DNA of 62,929 nt, the filler included, from Choristocarpus tenellus KU-1152 (Eukaryota > Protista > Phaeophyceae), in NCBI GenBank assembly GCA_964200185.2. It is 8 parts of 8 records of this genome, joined end to end, with 100 filler letters (N's around TTAATTAATTAA, not from the genome) between each part and the next. Parts side by side here need not be neighbours in the genome. Positions count along the whole stretch, not along the records: positions 1 to 13,328 come from CAXNAD020001524.1; positions 13,429 to 23,420 come from CAXNAD020003222.1; positions 23,521 to 33,475 come from CAXNAD020003250.1; 5 more parts are not named here. One strand, 5' to 3'. Under the pieces are notes generated by a model. That model saw only the letters and a list, made by a program, of their open reading frames with translations, searched no databases and was not told where the DNA came from. Shown piece after piece: positions 12,461 through 23,606 of this stretch (position 1 is its first letter; the number at the start of each line of letters is the position of its first letter). The translations under genes were made by a program, and so were the position numbers.

Positions 12461-13328
12461 GTATGCATATAACTTTAGGGAGTGTTGGGGGGGGGGAGGG
12501 GGAGTAATGATACTACATGTTACTACAATTGCAATATTTATTTGTTTGTGCTTGTCTATCTGTGAGAGGCATTAGCTTTGCCCCTTCACCCCCCCTTGTC
12601 TTTTTGCTGCTTCAACTGTCAACTGTCAACTGACAAGTTTGGATATGTTTACTGTTGAATCGACAAAAATGCTCTACAGGAGCAAAGAGGTTCGTCCAGG
12701 AAGTTACGTATTTTTATATTATTTTTTTATTAATATCATTATTTTTTGTTTTGTTGTGTCGAGAGTTTTTTTTATTGTATTTTAATGTAGTAGATAACAC
12801 CGTTCAGAAAAAAAAGGTTATATATTTATTTTTGTTGTTGGGGCCCAGCTTGGTGAAGGTTTACAAGAAATGAGGCGTTTCCTCCTTACTCTCATGGGTG
12901 TTCTAACGCATGAAATTAAAAAGTACATTTTCATTAGAATAGAACAGTTTAAGACATGATTTTTTTTTTTGAGTATGATTTCTCTAAATGCAATGCGTAG
13001 TTACTATACAATTTGGCAGCATTGTCTAAATAAAAAAAGAGAAAAAATTGAGGTGCTTAAGAAAATGTTTTTTAGAACAATTCTGGAACTAGATGTATCT
13101 ATTAGTGTAACCATATTTGTGGCTATTTAAAACCTCACATCCCTCCGCTCACTCTCTCCCTGAAGTCAAACCCCAGCCAAGTACAACTGAAGTCAACCCT
13201 GCTCCTCACCGGAACACCTTCCATGATCTCTCTCCTGATCCCCCTCCCTTCAATGCCCCCACCCACCCCCATCCCGTTCAAGGCTGACGATCACACGCAA
13301 GACAGTGGGTTCCTTTCCATCAGAGGAG

Positions 13329-13428
13329 NNNNNNNNNNNNNNNNNNNNNNNNNNNNNNNNNNNNNNNNNNNNTTAATTAATTAANNNNNNNNNNNNNNNN
13401 NNNNNNNNNNNNNNNNNNNNNNNNNNNN
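13329..13428. other. Artificial contig linker N44-TTAATTAATTAA-N44; identical linkers at 23421-23520, 33476-33575, 42577-42676, 46211-46310, 50988-51087 and 55233-55332
   Basis: Identical 100-nt structure seven times; TTAATTAATTAA gives stops in all six frames. Confidence 0.98.
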
Positions 13429-13890
13429 TGAATGTTTAGAAGTATCCGCAACCTCTTGTATAGGCGGAGAAAATATAGCCACCTGTTCAAGACTTGAAGG
13501 AGGTCTACAACTTTCTCTACGCTTGGTTGTCCCCCTTCTAGCCAGTAGGAACTATATTAACTCGATCTCTGGTATTCCACAATTCTCAGTCCCAAAATAA
13601 TACTTCAAATACGAAGAACAAGATGTTGTGACGACATAGATCGATTTCTTCCACTCTCAATCTTAATTTTAATTTGGTCCTCCACCAAAAAAAAGGCACT
13701 CTCGGACATCGACATCTCGAGGACAGACACGCATCATAAAGAACATACGACATACAAATGTCGATAAATTCGTTGTAGAGTACTCACGTACTTCAAAGTA
13801 CGCGTGCATGTTGGTAGTGCAACCAGATACAGGTAGGTGATACAGAGACAAGATAATAATAGTTGAGGAAGGCTAAGGAAATCTTGTTAC

Positions 13891-16800
13891 CTTGCTCTCT
13901 TGAGTTAGCGTCCCGGTATTGAATATTTCCTTCAGCCCTTTGACGATTTTTTTGCTTGGGTTCCCTGTCACGTGCACTGTGCTTTTCCCACGGTGCAACT
14001 GAAGCGAAAGTCAGGGGGGTAAACGGGTGGGGGGGAAGTGTTGTTGTTTCTGGTCAAGTCGGCTTTGTTGTATGTAGACTAGCTTCGAAGCTTTGTTGAA
14101 ATTGACAAACGTATCTGTCATGTATAGTCTGATCATGTTGTGAGTTTGTTAAGGACTGGCAAGAAGTAACAAGATCCAGAGTTATCATGAAATAGCAGCT
14201 AGCGAGGGTAGGAATTACACGTGTTACTAGACAAAATCGGCATTGGTGTTGGTAAATTTGACCAGGGTTAGGGGTGTGTTCAAACCATCGAAGGGTACGA
14301 CAGAAAAATTGGTATCTACCTACTTATAGCGTATCTGAGAGATGTCGAAAACAAAAAAAGGATGAAGTTTCAATAAACGATGAAAGAAGATCATTATCTA
14401 ACCCCATACACTCAACTCTCTCCCCCCAACGTATGTTTAGGGAGAGCTACCACACAACCTCCTCCAGTTACGCACATGTTCCTCAACGAAGGTAATCAGG
14501 CCTACATCACGCACCATCCATAGCAGGTGGATGTTCTTGCTGGTAGCATACCTGCCCCCAAAGTAGAGCACACACAGGAACAAATTCAGTACACCTGATC
14601 CAAGAGTATGATACTCAGTCATGAATAGAAGTCAATATTGGGCAACAAAAATTCCAAGACATACATTCCCATGCAGAGTCAGACTGTGCCATGCAGAGCC
14701 GAGAATTATATGACATTGACGGTAGCACGATGAAGGCAAGGCAATGCTTGGCAAGTCTGTTTTGGAGACGGAACTACTGCAAGTGCAGTTATATACTTAA
14801 TGTAGTGGTATGAATATGCATGTGCATGTATCGGTTGCAAACCCAAGAGTTGTTTTCCCAAGCAACTTTGTCACCCAGTCAATATCTAGAGCTCTAAATA
14901 TTCTGGAAATATTTACTGTGGGGGCAACTGATCCAAAACGCAACATGTAGCCGTTATAGTTCTACCCCCTTGTAGTATCGTAGAAAGCAAATGCGCGTCC
15001 CCTGATTGCTCACCTTTCAATGACAGAGACGACAGGGGTGATCCCAGCGCCAGTCCCTATCAGCAGAACTGTCGAGAGGAAAAGTGGACGAAGGCAGTGC
15101 CTTAGGTGGGAGGCACAAAGCATTTGGACACGAGGCCGTCAACTGCCAATATTCGCCGCTTGGGAATATGATCGCGGAGTTGCCAAAGACAAAATCACTA
15201 CAATAAAATCAACCACAGCATCTAAAGAGACTGATCTGTACCCGCTTCTTCCTTTGAGACACTATAGATACATAGTGCTTCTGAATCTACGAAATACTAC
15301 TAATCGAGAGATTTATCACAGGAGCAGTTGAAAACAAAGCCAGCTGCATATCTATTGCCTTTCATGGTACTGAGGTACTGCATGAGATACTAAGCATCAC
15401 CATTTTCGTAGTAGAGAGTCCTATCGATTGTGCTGGGCAAAGGGGCAGATATCCACAAGGGTACACGAGGTTTCTTAAGTCCCAGGAGGAATAGGTCCTT
15501 GGTCCAGTCTCCAACCTGCGACGAAATCAGCAGTTTGGGGTTTGGTCAGGTAGGAGAAGACCTTGCACACCTCCTCGGTTTATACCATGGCTGCGTTCTG
15601 CACACAGTCTGTGCAGACACCTTGTTAGGAAGTTATGGGACACACTTGAACACCAAGTGCATGAAGACCTTCATCCCAACTGAAGTACCCCTTTTAGACA
15701 TTCTCCAAATTCAATTCGTGGTTGAATCATTACCATAGTTAATTTAAACTTTAGTATTATGCGGTCCAAGGAGGCAATGAGCACAATGACATTGATTACG
15801 CACTCCCCTCTCACAAGCTCTAGGTGCTTGCTTTACCCTCACCGCTTCTGCAAAAAACACGGCGGACGGATGTTCCTCAGTCGAACACGGGGCCGCAATA
15901 AGAGAGAAAGGATGCCACTCCTTCCGGCTGATCATGGGGCAGTTGATGTATGCATACGCCCCTGCTTTAAAGTTGTATCCTCTAGACGTAGTAAACACAA
16001 GGGTCAAGGTGAACGTTCACATTGTCAGTATGTATGGAACTGGAGGATAAAGCTGGTGTCCAAATTACATTAAGTTCAACGACGTTTCCTCTCGCCAAGT
16101 GGTATGAGGTTAATACGAGGCAAATGATTGGAGGACTTTTTTGTTTTAAAAGGTCGGTGACAGCATACCTACATATCGCGGTAGCGATGTATTAAGGCTG
16201 TACCACTCATCACATCGAAAACGAAGAGCAAGCACGGTGGAGATCCAACACTTCAACAATTTGTTCTTCTAAGAAGTCCAGCTCAGACGTCACAAGACAG
16301 GGCACTGAAATTGTATGACATTCACATACACACACCAAATGTATAGGAGGAAACTACACAATCATATAGACTATTTTCAAGCTTAAGCAATGGCAAGTTC
16401 GGAGAATACCATGATTTTCAGTGAGGAATAATTGTACAAAAAATTACTCATCGACAACACTGTTGTAAATGCTGAGCAACAGTAAAATGAGATGGAAGCT
16501 TGATCTTACTTGGGGAGGTCAAGATGCACTGAAGTGCCGCGACCCACCGAGGAGTACACTGGGTGCGGAATGAGATATGTCCTGTGGTGTGGAGATGCCC
16601 ACAAGGGTCGTCAAGATGGGTAGTCAATGCACACACATGTATGAGTCATACGATAGAGCTTCATAACGTTTTGTCATGGCAATATTCGGGTCTAGAAGCA
16701 GAAATTTCCTCATGTATTCAATGGAAAGGGGTTTGTCTCATTGCGGGTCTTATAGAGAATCGCAGAGCAAAGGAAGTAATACAATTCTACCTGTATGCGA

Positions 16801-18902
16801 CAACTGGGATCTAGGAAGCTCGATGGGAGAGTTCAACAGTTGAATTCTAATCTATCCTACGTCCCCTTGTGGCACGTACCGCCTTGTTATGGAGTAAAAC
16901 CAATCCAGGGTCCACCAGATCGTGACGATGGAACCAACAATGGAGAGTGCACGGCTGTGAAAGCTGATGCAGATGAGAAGGGGTACTGCCAAGTAGTGCA
17001 TACCCTTACGAACCTCGTAAGATAACTGGTAGGGGAAGTGGCGAGGAACGCGATATCTCTGGTATGTAAAAAAAAAGGGAGGCTATGAGGGGCTTTGTAA
17101 TACACCATCAGAGTGCTCCATCACGAGAGTGAGGCCATGCTGCGAGGGCAGCACCATGCTGCTGCCCTTAGAAACCCATTATTAAAGCATAATCCTGGCA
17201 GTGGGTTTAAGCATCCAATCCCCAATATAATCTCGAGTTAGAGCCCTTATCCCCCACCCGCATATTATGCCAACTAAACAAGTGCATCGCCCACCTTGTT
17301 CCTTAGTACAGCATACTTCATGGGAAGGACCACTGGAAAGAGGAGGAGAAAGGCCAGTACACCTGCTCGCCCTGTGGTTGTGTCGTACATTATCTCCGTC
17401 TCGCTAGCCACAATGTACCGTGCAGTGTGTGCTATGCTGTGCTCCACCCCCATGGCTAGCATCAAGCTTCCGAAGTCTTCGCGCATCAGGAACAAATGAC
17501 ATATATGATGTATGAATTAATAGCTCGATGACTAACACAAGCATAGGGAGATCAAGCTTTCAGATATTCACAGAATAGACAAGACTGTCCCTTCCAAAAT
17601 AAACACCGTATTATAGTGTGCAAAACACTCTATCTACCGTTCATTCAAGGTTGGTGCATGGTGAAGACCGTCATATAAGCGTAATGCAACATTGTGAAGA
17701 AACGCCAACATGATAGAAAGTTGTGTTAAGAATTTAAGGGATAAATGTCGGATGAAAGAACCCACAGGTGTGGATATCATGGACAGGCTCGAAGTTGATG
17801 ACCGAGCCAAGCCACGAGTTCTGGATGTAGGAGCGCGAGGATGAGCACTTGGAGACAACTACGATACAAATCGAAGGAAAGAGGGTGCCTGCTGAGAAAC
17901 GGGATATCGTCAGGAGGACAAGCTCCGCGGTCGAGGTCGCACAGATTACCCTGCGCGTATGGAGAGACAAGGGAAGAGGTGATGATGATTGCGCAAATGT
18001 ATTATTTGTCTGGGCCTGTATAGTGTGGGTTTGCTCACTAGGGATCGACAGTTACTCTCTTCGGCTTTGAGTATAAACCAATGATAATGTAGAGGTATAG
18101 AATGAAATGCATCAGTTCGAATCAAGAAGCTTTGAACAATGTTTTCTCTTTCAGTGAGCCACCTAGGAAAACACTCCGTGGGCAACATCAGAACCATTGA
18201 ATCTAGAAGGCCTGCCATTTCAATTTTGGATTGGTTCCAAGGTTCTGCGTGTAAGCAGGATATGCACTCATTGGGGCCAGTGATGTCAAACAAAAGCATC
18301 ACATCATGAAATATTTTACAGTAGGAACAGAAAAGTAGCAAATAAATGTACTGAGGAGGAGTATCTTCTTTTTTGGGTCGCACCTGTAAGGGCATATTTG
18401 TTTCTTGTCAGCTTCCCAGAAGAAAGCCCAGGTGCTTGCCGACATATAGATACCAGAAAGGAAGGTAATCTGACAGACGGAGGGGTGGTTGATGGAATGG
18501 TGAGGACATAGTTGTCCAGAAGATTTTTTTCGGTAGACTCCCTATTGGTCTAAAGTTATATCTGAACCCATGCACATAGAAAAGAGGAATACCTCTTACA
18601 CTCCTACTCTAGGTGTTTCAAAGGAGTTAGTGGGCAACGATTACATGCAGCGTAAGCCCTGCGCGACTCACTATTGCGTGCCATTCTCGTCATTCTAGGA
18701 CTGTCGTTGGCATCCGGTTGTCACCTACCACTTTGAGGAAAAAGATGATAGGGATCTTCTTTTCGCCAGGTCCTTCAACTTGGTCGTCAGGAATTTTGTC
18801 ATTCAAGTCATTTCTTGGCTCTGCGAAGGTATTGATGACCCGCGATGTCTCTGGCAGGTAAAGTTTCTCGCTTGCCTCAAGGCCAGTCGTCGCCGTCCAT
18901 AT
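13891..18902 (-). CDS. NADPH oxidase / ferric reductase (FRD superfamily) gene, multi-exon, termini unresolved
   Basis: Phase-consistent GT-AG exons: 18729-18902, 18384-18469, 17766-17950, 17295-17476, 16880-17025, 16510-16581, 15843-15981, 15401-15515, 15014-15068, 14476-14551, 13891-13998. Heme pairs H-x13-H (HTYFGSLMLAMGVEH) and H-x12-H (HYLAVPLLICISFH); FAD motifs EWHPFS and VGDWT; NADPH motif GTGAGITP; HLLWMVRD. The first exon may lie at ~19160-19263. Confidence 0.92.
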
Positions 18903-20120
18903 CTGTGTAGGAACATCCGCAAAATAGGGCGACGAATGTAGACAGAAGATGTGTGCGATAAGCAAGGGGGGGAGCATACGTACCACACAAAGAGTTTGAG
19001 TGTGGGGAACCCATGTTAATGTCGATGTCTTGGTCTTCTTACCTTTTCGCAATTTCTCGTAAGTGGCCAAGACAATTGCTAAATATCTACACTACATTGG
19101 GAGGAGAAATTCGTTGATGTTATTTCTTCGTTGTTGCGTGGATCTCTACTGTCGACTTTACCGTGCGAGATTCTTCCTGTAGATTGTCGATTGCAGCACC
19201 TTGCTTTCCTCTGGGTACAGGCCTGTCGTAGACTTGGATATTACTCGCCTGTCTTGGCATCATCACTATCGATACAAGGATGGCTGGAAGAGGTCGTCTG
19301 GGGAGGGTAGGGGTAGAGTGTGATAGCTGAGTTATTCAAATTTCGAGACGTATGGTGTGTCGTGAGAAGGTAGATGACTTGCAGACCAGAAGTACTAGCA
19401 TAGCGAATCCTAGATGGATTGTTGAAGTTCGAGCAGTATTGATTTGACAATTCATTCAAGCGGATAAATATTCGAATGTATCGCATCTTGAGGCGAAATG
19501 GTGAATTTTGTTCTTAAAATCACTACATACATATTCCTTACTATTGTTTTTTAGACCATTCTAACATGTCATAAATATAACAGAGAGCAAAGTTCTCCTT
19601 CAATATAGTGTAGTGGAGACTGTAGAGATGTGGGTGGGGCGGGATGGCTGGAGTGTATGAGAAATTTCATTGCATTTTTTTTTGTCATACCATTGAAAGA
19701 TGGAGAACAATCCATTTGCACCAAAGCGAACCATTCAAGTATTACTCCCTTATCAAATTTTGCAATCAACATCTCCCAAAAATAATATTTTTTGAAATAT
19801 ATTGAAGATTATTGTAATTGTACAGTTGTCTTACCAAGTTATAACTACTACCTGTAAGAAACCGTTTAGGAAAGTTCGTGGTGGGTTCAGTAGAATACGT
19901 TTTATTTGGGGACATTTGTTGATATGTGAGGGGACAAGGCAATGAAATACCAGTTCAGTATCATAAGAACCCACATATAAAAGTACCCGTTGTCGTAAAC
20001 GTAAAAGATATTTCTTTCATCCATTTACTACTCGACTACAACCTATATCCTACACCATTCTCCTGCTATGCCTCCAGCCTGGCTTAGCTCCATACACCAC
20101 AGAGTAATATAGAAGATTCA

Positions 20121-20378
20121 GAGCCAAAGTATCTTAGAGGGTATAGCCGTGTCCATTGCGGGTCAAACTCCAATGTTTGGATTTTAATGTAATTTTGGCT
20201 GTCGTGTTGGTTAGAAAGTGTCAGTATCCATGTTCCGGACACACATTTTCAAAACGTACACATTTTACCTACTCCTAAACATGTTGGGCTAGGAAAGTGT
20301 CATAAAAGAACCCATGGGAAGCCAATCCCCAAATGGACAAACAGGGCAAAACTACTACCCTCTAAGATACTTTCACCC
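20121..20378. mobile_element. MITE family A copy (reverse orientation), TSD TTCA
   Basis: GAGCCAAAGTATCTTAGAGGGTA...TACCCTCTAAGATACTTTCACCC flanked by TTCA on both sides. Confidence 0.92.
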
Positions 20379-21558
20379 TTCAGTATGTTTTGTTGTATGA
20401 GTGTTGCTACGACTCAGTTGCTAATGGAGGGTGTTCCCGGTATGAATCCCACTTCTAACTCAATCAACTTCGGCATTTTTTTTTACATATATTCTTCTAT
20501 CGTAGCATATCCAACTGGCAACTACCAAGGATTATACACCTTTACTATCCCACTTGTCTCTATACCACGAACAAAATTGGACCAAGAACGTTGTGGGAAG
20601 GTTTCTCCGTAGTACAACATTCAAGGCATGGTACGAAATATGGGCAAAAACTCTTTTCGACCAACGTTAATGAAGTCAAATGGGGAGACGTCCACCATCT
20701 TCGTTTGGAAAATTGGCGGATCGGTATGACACAATGATTTATGCCACCGATATACATATGTACCGATGGCGATATGTAATCAATACGGTCTTTTATTTTC
20801 TACTGTTTTATGCCCTCTCACATTTTGAAGATGTGTCAGGAGGGAAACCAATGAAAACTATACACATTGCAGTAAACAGCCGATTTCAAAAATTGAAGAT
20901 GGAGCTTTTCATTGAGGATGGGCTTGACCCCAAATTGACTGGGATAAAGTGTCGGTATGTTTTTTTTTTAATTGTCATCTCAATTGAGGATGGGCTTGAT
21001 GGAAAGGGGTGTCATAGTGCCGCAAAACACTGGTGAATTTGGTCTGTTTCAAGTGAAGTCATGGGTTGCTCAGTCAGATGATGGATGATGTATATTCGAT
21101 GTTCTTCCTCGGTACAATCAAAGGGAGAAATGCATGCTTCTAAGAAGTGGCTTGATACCTCGGCTGACAAGGGTTTCTGTGGATGTTTTAACCCTAATTA
21201 TATTGCATCAGATGTGCATCAGGTACACTACACGCAGAGTGAGGTTGGTGTCTTATGAAGGGCAATGCCAATCAAGAAAAATAATAGTCAACAATTGACG
21301 TACTGGTGAGTCCTTCGGTGTTAAGAAGAAGAAGGAAAAAACAAAAAACAAAGAAACACACTTGAAACAATGTCTGATATAACTCAAGCGACACATATTT
21401 TATCTATGTGCGTGATGTATGTAGGGACTGTTCTGATGATTCTTATGTACTCTAACGTTCTGAAGATAGTTGATGGTTTGGTGATGATGAGGTAGTGATG
21501 GAAGCGAAAGTAACGACCAGTACAGCGGACCAATCAACCGTCAGTAAGGACTGCTGGT

Positions 21559-21738
21559 GACCCAAAGTATCTGGGAGCTGGGGGGGGGTCTACAGCAGGG
21601 GGTTCATTTGGGTCAAAATCAGGAAAAGTGCATTTACAGCATCCATCCGACGTATGCAACCAAGTCATCCAAAAATCGCGACATTAAATAATTGCCCCCA
21701 AATGGACAGCCGCCACCCCGTCCCAGATACTTTGAACC
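21559..21738. mobile_element. MITE family B copy, TSD TGGT
   Basis: GACCCAAAGTATCTGGG...CCCAGATACTTTGAACC flanked by TGGT. Confidence 0.92.
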
Positions 21739-21899
21739 TGGTAATGTATCGTATCAAGAAAAAAACAAATGAATAGTAGCCTATGTTTTGACACACAGAG
21801 GAGAGGTTCTGTGCTGCACGCACCTGATCTCTAGCGAGCTTTTTGCAGCTGTGAACGACTGGTATATGCCGGACATTATGGGCAACAGCCAAGATTGAC

Positions 21900-22450
21900 T
21901 TCGGGATTTCTTTTCTTCAAAGGTGGAGAAGGGGGCATAACTCACACCTCACTCTAACGGAACCTAAGTTCTTACGGAGTCGGATGATGACAATTGGCCT
22001 GGCCATCTGTGACAAAATTCTACTTCTTCAGTTTCTAAGTGCGCTGGGATCTGATTATGACACTTAGGTACGCATCATGACTTCTTGGAGCTCGTTGTCT
22101 CCAGCGGACGTCAGGAAGATGATCCGTGAGAGATACGCATCAACATCGTTAAGGACAACCAGCATTCCATCAAAAATCAAGAAGAGTCACCATCTCGTGG
22201 CTGGAAGTTCAACGGCTGCAAGTTCAAGACACGAAAAGAGTCAGCCTCATCGTAATGGCCAAGACTGTGGAGGTAGATGTAGATTTCATGGAGGAAAGAA
22301 GAAGAATGGTTTTAATTCCAACCCTTAAAGCTCGGAGAAGGTTCCTTGTGAGAGGTGTGGCAAGAATGGACAGGAGGAGGTAGCTTGCCCAAGCTGCATT
22401 TATACCAAGTGTGGTGGACGTCCTCATGATGCTACAACAGCATGTACTTC
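21900..22450 (+). mobile_element. Degraded copia-like gag fragment
   Basis: LLLQFLSALGSDYD..LSPADVRKMIRERY (UBN2-like helix pattern), followed by a zinc-knuckle remnant CERCGKNGQEEVAC; stops present. Confidence 0.6.
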
Positions 22451-22475
22451 GGTGTTTATGACCACGGTGGTAGCT

Positions 22476-22657
22476 GACTCAAAGTATCTGAGAGGTGGTG
22501 GCGGCTGTCCATTTGGGGCCAATTTGTACATCTTGCGATTTTTCGGTTATTTGATTGCATACTTCGGATGGATAATGTGTAAGTGCACCTTTCCTGGTTA
22601 TGACCCAAATGGACACCCTGGTGCAGACCCCCTCCCCACCCCCAGATACTTTGGGTC
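22476..22657. mobile_element. MITE family B copy, TSD AGCT
   Basis: GACTCAAAGTATCTG...CCCAGATACTTTGGGTC flanked by AGCT. Confidence 0.92.
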
Positions 22658-22793
22658 AGCTGGGGAAGAAAAGGATGAGACCGAGGCGGAATCTTCCCAT
22701 ATTACTATGGAGAGTGTGTTCAGCAGCGGCGACAACGAGCGGTACACACTACTAGTCACCACTGAAGACTCTCCGAGCGGCAGTGCTCAAGGC

Positions 22794-23400
22794 TGTGCAA
22801 AGTAGGACAATAGTGAGGTGTACCTTATTTTTTGTACACGAGATTATTGTGTTGAATTGAGTCCATATGATGTAACTAATGAAATAGTACATCTGGATTA
22901 GGTATGGAGTTTTTATTGCAGTTAGAATTCTCTGGCATAACCGTTGACTTACGTACGAGACAAATAATAATAAACAAGGAATAGAAGACACCCCACAAAG
23001 GTCACTATTCTCTAATTCCAACCATTCTTTCCACATTCAGCAAAGGGGATCGTGTGAGGCTTCACACTTCTTGTCTTCACTACTGATAAATAGCATTACC
23101 TCCCAAGGTAAATTGCACAGGTAATGAGCCTTAGGGCTCAAAGTATCTGGGAGGGGGGGTGGCGGCTGTCCATTTGGGGGGAAATGTTTTCATGTCGCGA
23201 GTTTTGTGTGATTTGGTTGCAATCATAAGATGGATAATGTAAAAGCACTCTTCCTGATTTGGACACCCTGGTGTAGACCTTCCCCTCCCCCCAGATACTT
23301 TGGGTCTTAGTAGTATGGAGACCGACCTGAAGAACTTGCTGTATGGACGGGGGTCACAGGAAGGTCATTGGAGACCTGGTCCACTTGGAGACTGCCATTG
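22794..23400 (+). mobile_element. 5' LTR (22794-23119) + PBS-like GGTAATGAGCC + probable gag start of a copia element, truncated by contig end
   Basis: LTR is homologous to the solo LTR at 3050-3389 and lacks a TSD. It is followed directly by GGTAATGAGCC, which resembles the copia GGTTATGGGCC PBS, then by an ATG and a W-x-x-W-containing gag-like stretch after the MITE. Confidence 0.7.
23135..23306. mobile_element. MITE family B copy inserted just downstream of the PBS, TSD TTAG
   Basis: GGCTCAAAGTATCTGGG...CCCAGATACTTTGGGTC flanked by TTAG. Confidence 0.92.
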
Positions 23401-23520
23401 ATAAGGGTAAAAGTATCTGGNNNNNNNNNNNNNNNNNNNNNNNNNNNNNNNNNNNNNNNNNNNNTTAATTAATTAANNNNNNNNNNNNNNNNNNNNNNNN
23501 NNNNNNNNNNNNNNNNNNNN

Positions 23521-23606
23521 CGTGTGACCAAATCATACCAAAAAAGTGAGAATCGAAAAGAGGGTGAAAAACGGACACCGACCCCCCCCCCCAAATACTT
23601 TGACCC
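23521..23606. mobile_element. MITE family C end fragment at a contig start (related fragments at 46311-46360, 55333-55425 and possibly 23405-23420)
   Basis: Shared GGGTGAAAAACGGAC...(C)n..ATACTTTG(A/G)CCC terminus. Confidence 0.75.

Noticed and set aside
13373-13384. Repeated palindrome TTAATTAATTAA as a biological site
   Set aside because: It is always centred in a 100-nt N spacer, so it is an artificial six-frame-stop linker
15982-16041. In-frame TGA upstream of the HPFS exon suggesting the NOX gene is a pseudogene
   Set aside because: Using the acceptor at 15981 with exon 16510-16581 places the stop in an intron and keeps phase
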